This document shows, one piece after another, positions 22,500 through 31,759 of a stretch of 64,000 nt of DNA. Source of the DNA: Dehalococcoidia bacterium (GTDB taxonomy: Bacteria > Chloroflexota > Dehalococcoidia > Lucifugimonadales > UBA1127); contig OZ220679.1 in NCBI GenBank assembly GCA_965116355.1, forward strand, positions 1,118,669 to 1,182,668, given 5' to 3'. Both the position numbers and the translations under genes were made by a program. Position 1 is the stretch's first letter. Each line of letters starts with the position of its first letter. A model generated the notes under the pieces. That model was given only the letters and a program-made list of their open reading frames with translations. It was not told the DNA's origin and ran no database searches.

Positions 22500-24854
22500 A
22501 TGACGACGCGCTCATTCGGATCGGGCATCCGGCGCCGTGAGGACCCGCGGCTGATCACGGGCAAGGCGCCGTACACGGACGACATCAAGCTGCCGGGGAT
22601 GGTCCACGCGGCGATCCTCCGCAGCCCCCACGCACACGCGAACATCAAGAGCATCGACACCAGCGCCGCGGCGTCGCAGCCGGGGGTGCTGGCGGTCTAC
22701 ACCGGCGCCGACACGGACGGCGTCCTCGCCGGCATGCCCTGCGCATGGCTGATCCCGGGCTCCGACCTGAAGACGCCAGAGCACCCGGCCATCGCCAAGG
22801 ACCGCGTCCGCTACGTCGGCGACGCGGTGGCCGTCGTGGTTGCGTCGACGCGCTACGAGGCGGAGGACGCGCTGGAGCACATCGACGTCGAGTACGAGAC
22901 GCTCGGCGTAGTCATCAACCCCAGGGACGCCGCGCAGGCGGGCGCGCCGCAGCTCCACGACGACGTGGAGAACAACGTCGCCTTCACGTGGGCGGTGGCG
23001 GGCGGCGACACGGACGCGGCCTTCGCGTCGGCGGACGTGACGGTCAGCGACACCATCACGCTGCCGCGGCTGATCGCGAACCCGATGGAGCCGCGGTCGG
23101 CCGTCGCGTCGTACCTAGCTGCGATGAACGAGCTGACGCTGTGGAGCACGACGCAGAACCCGCACATCTGCCGGTTCCTGACCTCGGTGGTCACGGGCGT
23201 GCCGGAGCACAAGATCCGGGTCATCGCGCCGGAAGTCGGGGGCGGCTTCGGCAGCAAGATCCCCTACTACCCGGACGAGGCCATCACGGCCTTCTGCGCG
23301 ATGAAGCTGGGCGTGCCGGTCAAGTGGACGGAGACGCGCAGCGAGAACTACCTGGCGACGACGCAGGGCCGCGACCACGTCGAGGAAGTCGAGATGGCGG
23401 CCACGTCCGACGGCACGATCACGGGCCTCCGGACGACGGTGTACGCCGGCATGGGCGCATACCTCTCGACGGCGGCGCCGGGCGTGCCGACGATCCTGCA
23501 CGGCCTGATGTACTCGGGCGCGTACAACATCGCGAACATCTCGGGGACGATCTACGGCGTGTTCAACAACGGCACGCCGGTGGACGCCTACCGCGGCGCG
23601 GGCCGGCCGGAGGCCACGACGCTCATCGAGCGGCTGGTGGACCTGACGGCGGCGGCGCTGGACATGGACCCGGCGGAGCTTCGGCGCAAGAACCTGATCC
23701 CGAAGTTCGAGAACGGCCACGACGTCGCGACGGGCATCATCTACGACAGCGGCGACTACGAGCTGACGCTGGACGCCTGCCTGAACAACGCGGACTACGC
23801 CGGCCTTCGGGCATCGCAGGCGGCGGCCCGCGCCGATGGGCGGCTGGTCGGCATCGGCATGGCGACGTGGGTGGAGATCTGCGGGCTGGGCCCGTCACAG
23901 GTGGCGGGCGCGGTCGGATTCCAGGGCGGCCTGTGGGAGAGCGCCATCGTGCGGTTCCACCCCACGGGCAAGGTCAACGTCATGGTCGGCTCCTCGCCGC
24001 ATGGACAGGGTGAGGAGACGACGTTCGCGCAGATCGTCTCGGAGGAGCTGGGCGTGCCGGTGGAGGACGTGGAGATCATCCACGGCGACACGGACAACAC
24101 GCCGATGGGCTGGGGCACGTATGGCAGCCGGACGACGGTGGTGTCCGGCGGCGCGATTGCGTTCGCCTCGCGGAAGATCAAGGAGAAGTCCAAGGAGCTG
24201 GCGGCGCACCTGCTGGAGGCGGCCGTCGAGGACATCGAGTACGAGGACGGGCGGTTCTTCGTCCGTGGGTCGGCCGACCAGGCCAAGACGATCCAGGACA
24301 TCGCGCTGATGGCCAACGTGGCGTGGAGCATGCCGGAGGGCATGGAGCCGGGGCTGGAGGCGAGCGCCTTCTACGACCCGCCGAACTTCACCTACCCCTT
24401 CGGCACGCACCTGGCGGTGGTCGAGGTGGACCCGGAAACGGGGCGCATCGACCTGCAGAACTACTGGGCGGTGGACGACTGCGGCGTGCAGATCAACCCG
24501 ATGATCGTCGAGGGACAGGTGCACGGCGGCGTGGTGCAGGGCGTGGGCCCGGCGCTGTGGGAAGGCGTCGTCTATGACGACAACGGCCAGCCGCTGACGG
24601 GCACCATGCAGGACTACGCCCTCCCGAGGGCCGACCTACTGCCGGACATCAACGTCGGGTCCACGACGACGCCGTCGCCGCACCACCCGCTGGGGCTGAA
24701 GGGCGTCGGCGAGGCGGGGACGATCGCGGCCACCCCGACGGTGTACAACGCCGTCATGGACGCGCTGCGGCCGCTGGGCGTCAACCGGGTCGACATGCCG
24801 CTGACGCCCGAGAAGGTGTGGCGCGCCATCAACGACGCGAAGAATGGAGGCTAA
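22500..24854 (+). CDS. coxL: Mo-hydroxylase large subunit, form II CoxL-like (AYRGAGR active-site loop)
   Basis: 784 aa of the xanthine dehydrogenase/CODH large-subunit family. Contains VDAYRGAGRPEA rather than the form I AYxCSFR motif. Confidence 0.9.
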   Translation: MTTRSFGSGIRRREDPRLITGKAPYTDDIKLPGMVHAAILRSPHAHANIKSIDTSAAASQPGVLAVYTGADTDGVLAGMPCAWLIPGSDLKTPEHPAIAKDRVRYVGDAVAVVVASTRYEAEDALEHIDVEYETLGVVINPRDAAQAGAPQLHDDVENNVAFTWAVAGGDTDAAFASADVTVSDTITLPRLIANPMEPRSAVASYLAAMNELTLWSTTQNPHICRFLTSVVTGVPEHKIRVIAPEVGGGFGSKIPYYPDEAITAFCAMKLGVPVKWTETRSENYLATTQGRDHVEEVEMAATSDGTITGLRTTVYAGMGAYLSTAAPGVPTILHGLMYSGAYNIANISGTIYGVFNNGTPVDAYRGAGRPEATTLIERLVDLTAAALDMDPAELRRKNLIPKFENGHDVATGIIYDSGDYELTLDACLNNADYAGLRASQAAARADGRLVGIGMATWVEICGLGPSQVAGAVGFQGGLWESAIVRFHPTGKVNVMVGSSPHGQGEETTFAQIVSEELGVPVEDVEIIHGDTDNTPMGWGTYGSRTTVVSGGAIAFASRKIKEKSKELAAHLLEAAVEDIEYEDGRFFVRGSADQAKTIQDIALMANVAWSMPEGMEPGLEASAFYDPPNFTYPFGTHLAVVEVDPETGRIDLQNYWAVDDCGVQINPMIVEGQVHGGVVQGVGPALWEGVVYDDNGQPLTGTMQDYALPRADLLPDINVGSTTTPSPHHPLGLKGVGEAGTIAATPTVYNAVMDALRPLGVNRVDMPLTPEKVWRAINDAKNGG

Positions 24855-24856
24855 CC

Positions 24857-25723
24857 ATGTTTCCATCACAGTTCACGTACCATCGCGCCGCCTCGGTTGC
24901 CGAGGCCGTGCAGCTGCTGGGCAGCAATGAGGGCGCGAAGCTGCTGGCGGGCGGGCACAGCCTGCTGCCGATGATGAAGCTGCGCGTGGCCTCGCCGCCG
25001 ACGCTGGTGGACATCGGCCACATCGCAGACTTGAAGGGCGTGTCGGCGGACGGCGACGGCGTGCGCATCGGCGCGCTGACGACGCACGCGGAGATCGCGG
25101 GGTCGTCGCTGGTGCAGGAGCGGGCGCCGGTGCTGGCAGAGGCGGCAGGCAGGGTCGGCGACCCGGCGGTCCGCAACCGGGGCACCATCGGCGGCAACGT
25201 GTCGCACGCCGACCCGCAGTCTGACCTGCCGACGGTGCTGACAGCGCTGGGCGCGACGATCAACGCGACGGGCCCGGGCGGCAACCGGAGCATCGCGGCG
25301 GCCGACTTCTTCACGGGCCTGCTTGAGAACGCGCTGGAGGACAACGAGGTGCTGACGAGCGTGTCGGTGCCGGGCGTGGCCTCGGGCGCGGGCACGGCCT
25401 ACGTCAAGTTCTCGCACCCGGCGTCGCGGTACTCGGTGGTCGGGGCCGCGGCGGTGGTGAGCGTGTCGGGCGGCACGTGCTCGTCGGCCACGGTGGTGGT
25501 CGGCGGCGTGGAGTCGACGCCGACGCGGGCGTCGTCGGTCGAGGCGGCGCTGGCCGGATCGGCCACCGGCGCGGACGCGCTGGCGGCGGCCGCTTCGGCG
25601 GTGTCGGGCGACTTCGGCGGCGACCCGGTGGGCGACGTCTTCGCGTCCAACGAGTACCGGCAGGCGATGGCGGCCGTCTACGTCAGGCGGGCGCTGGAGG
25701 CCGCGGTAGCGCGCGCGGGGTAG
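24857..25723 (+). CDS. coxM: Mo-hydroxylase medium subunit, FAD-binding (CoxM-like)
   Basis: MFPSQFTYHRAASVAEAVQLLGSNEGAKLLAGGHSLLPMMKLR. ATG 24857 with GGAGG SD. Confidence 0.9.
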   Translation: MFPSQFTYHRAASVAEAVQLLGSNEGAKLLAGGHSLLPMMKLRVASPPTLVDIGHIADLKGVSADGDGVRIGALTTHAEIAGSSLVQERAPVLAEAAGRVGDPAVRNRGTIGGNVSHADPQSDLPTVLTALGATINATGPGGNRSIAAADFFTGLLENALEDNEVLTSVSVPGVASGAGTAYVKFSHPASRYSVVGAAAVVSVSGGTCSSATVVVGGVESTPTRASSVEAALAGSATGADALAAAASAVSGDFGGDPVGDVFASNEYRQAMAAVYVRRALEAAVARAG

Positions 25724-25750
25724 CCCGCGCAGCCCGATTACAGGCACAAT

Positions 25751-25811
25751 GAGGGGGCGGCACACCGACCGCCCCCTCCGTTCACCCTTCGATTTCCCTC
25801 AGGGCGAACGG
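25751..25811. repeat. 10-bp perfect hairpin (possible coxM terminator) followed by REP-A
   Basis: GAGGGGGCGG-CACACCGA-CCGCCCCCTC (25751..25778), then CCGTTCACCCT-TCGATTTCCCTC-AGGGCGAACGG (25778..25811). Confidence 0.75.
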
Positions 25812-25857
25812 GCATGCAAGAACGCCATCTCAAAAACCGCCTTGGAGGACCCTGACA

Positions 25858-26793
25858 GTGGAGCAATCGACCGCGCCCACCATTCCCGAGTCCGTCGACG
25901 GGCTGCAGGAGGCGCTGCGGGGCGAGATGTACGTCGCCGACCGCGGGCTGGCGATGTCGGTCTACCTGGCGCTGCAGCTCGGGCGGCCGCTCTTCCTGGA
26001 GGGCGAGGCGGGCGTCGGGAAGACGGAGGTGGCGCGGGCGCTGTCGTCGGCGCTGAACGCGCGGCTCATCCGGCTGCAGTGCTACGAGGGGCTGGACATC
26101 AGCCAGGCGGTGTACGAGTGGAACTACTCGCGGCAGTTGCTGCACCTGCGGCTGCTGGAGGCCTCGGGCGGCGTCGACCGTGAGAGCGCCGAGCGGGAGC
26201 TGTTCAGCGAGGACTTCCTGATCAAACGGCCGCTGCTGCAGGCGCTGGAGGGCGGCGGCCGGAAGGTGCTGCTCATCGACGAGCTGGACCGGGCGGACGA
26301 GGAGTTCGAGGGGTACCTGCTGGAGATGCTCTCGGACTTCCAGATCACGGTGCCGGAGGTCGGCACGTACACGGCGGAGTCGCGGCCGGTGGTCGTCATC
26401 ACGTCGAACCGGACGCGGGAGATCCACGACGCGCTGAAGCGGCGGTGCCTCTACTACTGGATCGACTACCCGGACCTGGCCAAGGAGACGGAGATCGTCC
26501 GGAGCAAGGCGCCGGGGGCGTCGGGGAGGCTGGCGGGGCAGGTGACGGCCTTCGTGCAGGAGCTTCGGGGAGCCGAGCTGTACAAGGTGCCGGGGGTGGC
26601 GGAGACGCTGGACTGGACGGCGGCGCTGGTCAGCCTGAACACGGAGCAGCTCACGCCGGAGGTCATCGACGAGACGCTGGGCGTCATGCTGAAGTACCGC
26701 GAGGACGTCGAAAACGTCCGCGGCGAGCAGACCCGCGCGCTGCTGGCTCGGGCGCAGAACCGCGGCGCGGGGCGCGGCGGCAGGCGTGGCTAG
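25858..26793 (+). CDS. coxD: MoxR-family AAA+ ATPase (CoxD-like)
   Basis: Walker A GEAGVGKT, Walker B LLIDELDRA. Position is downstream of coxSLM. Confidence 0.9.
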   Translation: MEQSTAPTIPESVDGLQEALRGEMYVADRGLAMSVYLALQLGRPLFLEGEAGVGKTEVARALSSALNARLIRLQCYEGLDISQAVYEWNYSRQLLHLRLLEASGGVDRESAERELFSEDFLIKRPLLQALEGGGRKVLLIDELDRADEEFEGYLLEMLSDFQITVPEVGTYTAESRPVVVITSNRTREIHDALKRRCLYYWIDYPDLAKETEIVRSKAPGASGRLAGQVTAFVQELRGAELYKVPGVAETLDWTAALVSLNTEQLTPEVIDETLGVMLKYREDVENVRGEQTRALLARAQNRGAGRGGRRG

Positions 26794-28135
26794 CGAGGCG
26801 GTCGGCCCAACGAGTGGGCCGGTCGGCCCGGCTGGCGGGCCAGAGGGGCAGTTCCTCCCCAACCTGCTGCTCTTCGGCAGGCTGCTGCGTCGGGTGGGCC
26901 TCGACGTGCACGCGGGGCGAATGCTGGACGCGGTGCACGTGCTCGAGGACATCGGACTGCGGCGGCGGGGCGACGTGCACGCGGTGCTGCGCACGCTGCT
27001 GGTGCACCGCCGCGAGGACCTACCCGTCTTCGACGAGGCTTTCTCCGTCTTCTGGCGGCAGCGCAAGGACCAGACGTTCACCATGGACCTGCGCTCCATG
27101 GGCGAGCAGCGCCGCTACCGGTACGTCGAGGCGGGGCCGCCGCCGCTCGGGCAGCCCTCGGACGCCGTGGGCGGCGAGGACGACAGCTCGGAGGAGGGCG
27201 GCGACCGCATCGACATCACACGCACCTACAGCGCGCGCGAGGTGCTGCAGACCAAGGACTTTTCCGAATACACGCCGTCGGAGATGGCGCAGGCCCGGCT
27301 GCTGATGGCGTCGCTGGCGTGGAATCCGGGCACTCGGCGGTCGCGGCGGCTGGAGCGCGGAGACGGCCACGGCCTCGACCTTCGGCGGACGCTGCGGGAC
27401 AACGCGCGGTACGGCGGCGAGCTGCTCGAGCTGCGCCGGCGTCGTCGGAAGGAGAAGCCGCGCAAGCTGGTCGTCGTCTGCGACGTCAGCGGCTCCATGG
27501 AGCGCTACACGCGGATGCTGCTGCACTTCATCCACAGCCTGTACGGGGGTCTGAACGGGCAGGTGGAGGCCTTCCTCTTCGCGACGCGGCTGACGCGGGT
27601 CACCAAGCAGCTCCAGCACCGGGACATCGACCAGGCGGTGGGTGACGTGTCGAAGGCGGTGCCGGACTGGTCGGGCGGGACGCGCATCGGGGCGGCGCTG
27701 CGGGAGTTCAACTTCACGTGGGCGCGCCGGACGCTGGGGTGGGGGTCGATCGTGCTGGTCGTGTCCGACGGCTGGGACCGGGGCGAGCCGGAGCTGCTGG
27801 GGCGCGAGATGGAGCGGCTGCAGCGGAGTTGCCGGCGGCTGATCTGGCTGAGCCCGCTGGCCGGCGTCGAGGACTACGAGCCGCTGACGCGGGGGCTGCG
27901 CGCGGCGACGCCGTACGTCGACGATCTGCTGCCGGTGCACAACCTGGCGGCGCTGATGGACCTGGCGCGGCACCTGAACTCGCTGACGTCGGGCGCGCCG
28001 GAGCGGCGGCAGCGGCCCTCGCCTGCGGCGGACGAGGCAAGCGAGGAGGAGCCGTCGGCGCCGGTGCAACGCTCGTGGCACCGGGACGCGAACCCGACGT
28101 TCCGGCACCCGCTGTGGGGGCGGGGGGATCCCTAA
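26786..28135 (+). CDS. coxE: VWA domain protein (CoxE-like)
   Basis: MIDAS motif VVVCDVSGSM in the C-terminal VWA domain. Overlaps coxD by 8 nt. Confidence 0.85.
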   Translation: MASEAVGPTSGPVGPAGGPEGQFLPNLLLFGRLLRRVGLDVHAGRMLDAVHVLEDIGLRRRGDVHAVLRTLLVHRREDLPVFDEAFSVFWRQRKDQTFTMDLRSMGEQRRYRYVEAGPPPLGQPSDAVGGEDDSSEEGGDRIDITRTYSAREVLQTKDFSEYTPSEMAQARLLMASLAWNPGTRRSRRLERGDGHGLDLRRTLRDNARYGGELLELRRRRRKEKPRKLVVVCDVSGSMERYTRMLLHFIHSLYGGLNGQVEAFLFATRLTRVTKQLQHRDIDQAVGDVSKAVPDWSGGTRIGAALREFNFTWARRTLGWGSIVLVVSDGWDRGEPELLGREMERLQRSCRRLIWLSPLAGVEDYEPLTRGLRAATPYVDDLLPVHNLAALMDLARHLNSLTSGAPERRQRPSPAADEASEEEPSAPVQRSWHRDANPTFRHPLWGRGDP

Positions 28136-29628
28136 GTTACGAGAGCATCCACCGTGTCTTCCCTCAGCCCACCTTCCAACCTCTCGACAGCCGCTTGTTC
28201 GAACAGATTGGCGCGGTCTTTCATCTCGAACGCTTCCAGCACCTTGCTCCCAATTGCATCTTGAACCTTCTTGGGAGCATCAGGGATAAGAACCTCAGAC
28301 AGATCCTCTGGCGTTAGTTCGTCCACGACAGCACCATAGATCTTGGACTGGACTTGATGCTGGCCATAGGGGGTCATTAGGAACAAAGAGATGTACCCAG
28401 GATTGTAAGCTCCTTCTTCAGCAACAAGGCGGATTAAATGTTCCGACGCTGCCCACCCATTAGTTATGCTGGATACGATCCCAACTTGGCCCACTGTACC
28501 CGAACGAGTTATCAACATCCAGTGTCGGCTTACTCTACATTGTTGCAGGTGGCGTTCGTCGCTCCGCGCTAGGTATTGCAAGTCGTACGGTTTCATTAAG
28601 GGGACGTGCGAACCTTGGATGAAGGGAACGCCATATTCTTTGGTAACGTAGATACGCTTGAACCTGCCTGGATGGAATATGTCCTCACATGCTTCTTCTA
28701 AAGGCACCGGGTGATAACGTCCCGTAAGCATGATTCTGACTGCTGTCTTTGCCAAGGGTATATGAAAGGAAGCGTCTAGGCGCGAGCGCAACGTTGAAGA
28801 GGTTACGGTAAATGCCCGAAGTGAGCCCATAACGAAGTTCGATTCATTTTGGGGTAAGTATTCGATAAGGCTTTCCTCGAATGGCGGTAGAGCTAACTCA
28901 CCGTAGAGCTCAGTAGTGGCAGTGTCCAATAGCTGATTCGCCTTCTCTCGTAAGACATAGGCACGTTCAATCAGATTCGCGATCTCTTGCATTTCAGAAA
29001 CAGACAATAGCGGCACTGGAATATCGGTAACGTGGTGAGGTTCTAGGTGTTTGATGACTGCTCCATACCGGTTCCTTGTCAACAACGCTTGCCCAATCCA
29101 AGACGAAAGATAAGTGTAGAGGTAGCCCGCCGGTATGTCTGTCGACGGGACGATTCGAATCAAATCGTGAGAGAGGAAGAACCGTTCAACACGTTGTGTC
29201 GCCAACATAGGACGCCCGACGGTTCCTGATGCTGACAGCAAGATCCACCCGGCTTTTGCGAAGTGGTCGTCAGAGTCCTTAGGCGCATTTTCACGGGCAA
29301 TCCACCGGGTGCTGGCAGGACGGAAGTGAAAGGTCTCTGACGGGCTCAGGTATGGCCAACCCATTTCCGAAGAACCCGCGTAGATCCGTTTGAACCTTCC
29401 AAGGAGAAAGCATTTACTGACCAATTTACCTAGCTGTTGAGTTCCTCCAGCATGCCTATCAAGCGCAAGCAATGCATGAGCAGCTCCAGTGGAGTAGTAG
29501 CCTGCATCAAGGCGAAGATCACCATAATCTATCCAGCCGGATCGTACCTGCGATACGAACCCGCTAGGGTTGGCAGCTATCTGCTCAGCAAGGTCCTGCC
29601 CTTTGATCAGATCTCCGACTTCAACCAT
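28132..29628 (-). CDS. restriction-modification specificity (S) subunit with two target-recognition domains (498 aa)
   Basis: HsdS-like duplicated TRD architecture with conserved spacer helices (..IANLIERAYVLREKANQLLDTATTELYGEL..). 8-nt overlap with the upstream RM gene. Low G+C. Confidence 0.85.
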   Translation of the reverse strand: MVEVGDLIKGQDLAEQIAANPSGFVSQVRSGWIDYGDLRLDAGYYSTGAAHALLALDRHAGGTQQLGKLVSKCFLLGRFKRIYAGSSEMGWPYLSPSETFHFRPASTRWIARENAPKDSDDHFAKAGWILLSASGTVGRPMLATQRVERFFLSHDLIRIVPSTDIPAGYLYTYLSSWIGQALLTRNRYGAVIKHLEPHHVTDIPVPLLSVSEMQEIANLIERAYVLREKANQLLDTATTELYGELALPPFEESLIEYLPQNESNFVMGSLRAFTVTSSTLRSRLDASFHIPLAKTAVRIMLTGRYHPVPLEEACEDIFHPGRFKRIYVTKEYGVPFIQGSHVPLMKPYDLQYLARSDERHLQQCRVSRHWMLITRSGTVGQVGIVSSITNGWAASEHLIRLVAEEGAYNPGYISLFLMTPYGQHQVQSKIYGAVVDELTPEDLSEVLIPDAPKKVQDAIGSKVLEAFEMKDRANLFEQAAVERLEGGLREDTVDALVT

Positions 29629-31657
29629 TCAGCCACTTCATACGGGAAGGATTGCTTACCCAAGTGCGAAAGCTCTCCGCTACGATAGGTAGTTCATCAT
29701 GGACTACCGGGACACGTCTGGTGAAAGTCTCTCCTACAAACTTGCCGTCAGGGTCGCGCCGGAGTATGCGTTCAACCTCTTCATGCTCAATGACGTGACC
29801 CTCTAGCGTACGGCGAGGAAGGGAATTGCCGCGTCGGTCATGTCCAACAGCGCTCGGCACAGCCATAAAGATTTCATATTCTATGCGATGTCCAGATTCT
29901 TTCTCGAAGGTGATTTCCGCGTTGGTCTTCTTTTGAAGGAGGAGCACACTCGTCTGAGTACCAGTATGTGGTTGAAAGGTTTCCTGCGGAAGATCAATGC
30001 TCGCTATCACTCTGGCGTTTTTGAGGATCCATTCCCGTGTTCCCACTAAGCCTGGGTTCGAAAGGATGCTGTCAGGAAGTACTATCGCCAAACGCCCCCC
30101 CGGCCGTAACAACTGCAAGCTGCGCTCAATGAAAAGTTGGTCTGGCGGTATGGCTAGCGTAAGTGTATCGCTACCAAGGGTGCTAAGTTGAAACTGCTCA
30201 AGTATGTGTGGGTCATCAATAGGAATGTCAGCTCCGAACGGAGGGTTAGTAAGTATCGCGTCAAATTGGTCGAATCCTATGCTCCCTGCTACATTGTTCT
30301 TTTCCTCACGTGACCATTCCCCTGGTGGACGGAGTGAGTTTTCATGAAAAACGTTTGTGGAACCATCTCCGTGCATTACTAGATTCATCTGCGCTGCTCG
30401 CGCTAAAGTGGGGTTAAAGTCAATTCCAAATAACTGCCTAGAAGCTACATCCCGCAGGCGCTCACGAGCCGCATGGCTAACTTGCGTATCGTCCTCACCC
30501 CACCGGCCTTGCTCTATTTGACGAATATGGTCGTTCCAAACGTTGATAAGAGCGACCAAGAACCCACCTGTACCAACAGCAGGGTCAAGAACGCGGATAT
30601 CTAACCATCGCTCCGGTGGAAAGGTAGCCAAAACCATTTCCGCGACCATTCTACATACGGTACGCGGAGTAAAGAACTCTCCACGGTCACCACGCAAGTT
30701 GGATCCTACCAGTTGTTCATAAGCAATTCCCTTCACATCGGCACGAGTACGAATGAGAGAATAACGCTGCAATTCTCCCACGACATAAGCCAAGACCTGA
30801 TCGTTAAGGCGGATCGCCTCATCACTGCCAAAAATGTAGGGATAGCGACTCCGAACCTCCGAATAGAGTCCTTCCAGGGTATTCCTCAAACGGCCTTGTC
30901 CTACTCTAGATCGCCGTTCTTCATTGCCTATGAAAAAGCGAAGCGTGTCAAAAGAGTTTGCTTCATCTTGGACCTTGCAAAAGATCACTTTCAGTAACTC
31001 ATTGAAGGCAAGGTCTTTCTGGAGGCCTTGGTTGCCATAAATATAATTATGGCAACGACGAAATGCCGCAACCAAGTCTGTTTCAGCTGGAACCAGATCA
31101 GCAAACCGCGGAGGTTGCGGGGCGTCTGCGCCAAATCGTGGAATATCGCTTGCTGGAAGGAAATCATGGGTGTCTTGAGACGTGACGATGCGTTCCCATG
31201 CCTGCAACTCTGATCCTACCCACATGCCATAGCTGCAATTCAAAGAGGCTGACATGTAGGACTTTAACTGCTCAACGCCATTGTCCTTATCAGTTGGCTT
31301 AATGTCCTCACTTTTGCATTCTATAATTATGTTGATGTGTTCTTGGACGTGCTTTATATTTGGCGGGAAAATCGCTATGTCAACTCTTGGACGCCGTACC
31401 CCAATGTTTATCCGGTATTCTACTTCGACGTCTTCGCGCTTGTACCCGTAGTCCGTTATGAGGCTGCGAGCGACGCGTTGCCTAACATGTTCCTCGGAGG
31501 TGTCTTTGCGGAGTTTGTCCGTGATGATGCAACGGAGCTTGCCGACTGGAATGAAGGTCAACTCGGTGGAAGCGTCACTGTCGACTGGACTCTCTGCCGA
31601 AGATGAGCTTGCTTGTGTATCGGCCGGGGGCGTCGACGATTCTGCGTGCATCTTCAC
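29621..31657 (-). CDS. fused endonuclease-like (PD-(D/E)xK, HSDR_N-type) + N6-adenine DNA methyltransferase; BcgI-A-like RM subunit (678 aa)
   Basis: The N-domain has ..PRVDIAIF...INIIIECK.. (D...E-x-K). The MTase has motif I VLDPAVGTGGFL and motif IV NPPFG. No HsdR motor gene is adjacent. Confidence 0.8.
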   Translation of the reverse strand: MKMHAESSTPPADTQASSSSAESPVDSDASTELTFIPVGKLRCIITDKLRKDTSEEHVRQRVARSLITDYGYKREDVEVEYRINIGVRRPRVDIAIFPPNIKHVQEHINIIIECKSEDIKPTDKDNGVEQLKSYMSASLNCSYGMWVGSELQAWERIVTSQDTHDFLPASDIPRFGADAPQPPRFADLVPAETDLVAAFRRCHNYIYGNQGLQKDLAFNELLKVIFCKVQDEANSFDTLRFFIGNEERRSRVGQGRLRNTLEGLYSEVRSRYPYIFGSDEAIRLNDQVLAYVVGELQRYSLIRTRADVKGIAYEQLVGSNLRGDRGEFFTPRTVCRMVAEMVLATFPPERWLDIRVLDPAVGTGGFLVALINVWNDHIRQIEQGRWGEDDTQVSHAARERLRDVASRQLFGIDFNPTLARAAQMNLVMHGDGSTNVFHENSLRPPGEWSREEKNNVAGSIGFDQFDAILTNPPFGADIPIDDPHILEQFQLSTLGSDTLTLAIPPDQLFIERSLQLLRPGGRLAIVLPDSILSNPGLVGTREWILKNARVIASIDLPQETFQPHTGTQTSVLLLQKKTNAEITFEKESGHRIEYEIFMAVPSAVGHDRRGNSLPRRTLEGHVIEHEEVERILRRDPDGKFVGETFTRRVPVVHDELPIVAESFRTWVSNPSRMKWLNG

Positions 31658-31759
31658 CCACCCGAGTCGTTTCGCCTTTTGGCCGATGCATGCTATGTGA
31701 AAACGACTAATACGTCAACTAGATACACTGAGGCTTTCAAGGCGATCTCCCCTCCTCCC

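Noticed and set aside
25738-27099. 453-aa minus-strand ORF across coxD/coxE
   Set aside because: It is an Arg/Pro-rich antisense frame. The plus-strand genes carry Walker and MIDAS motifs.
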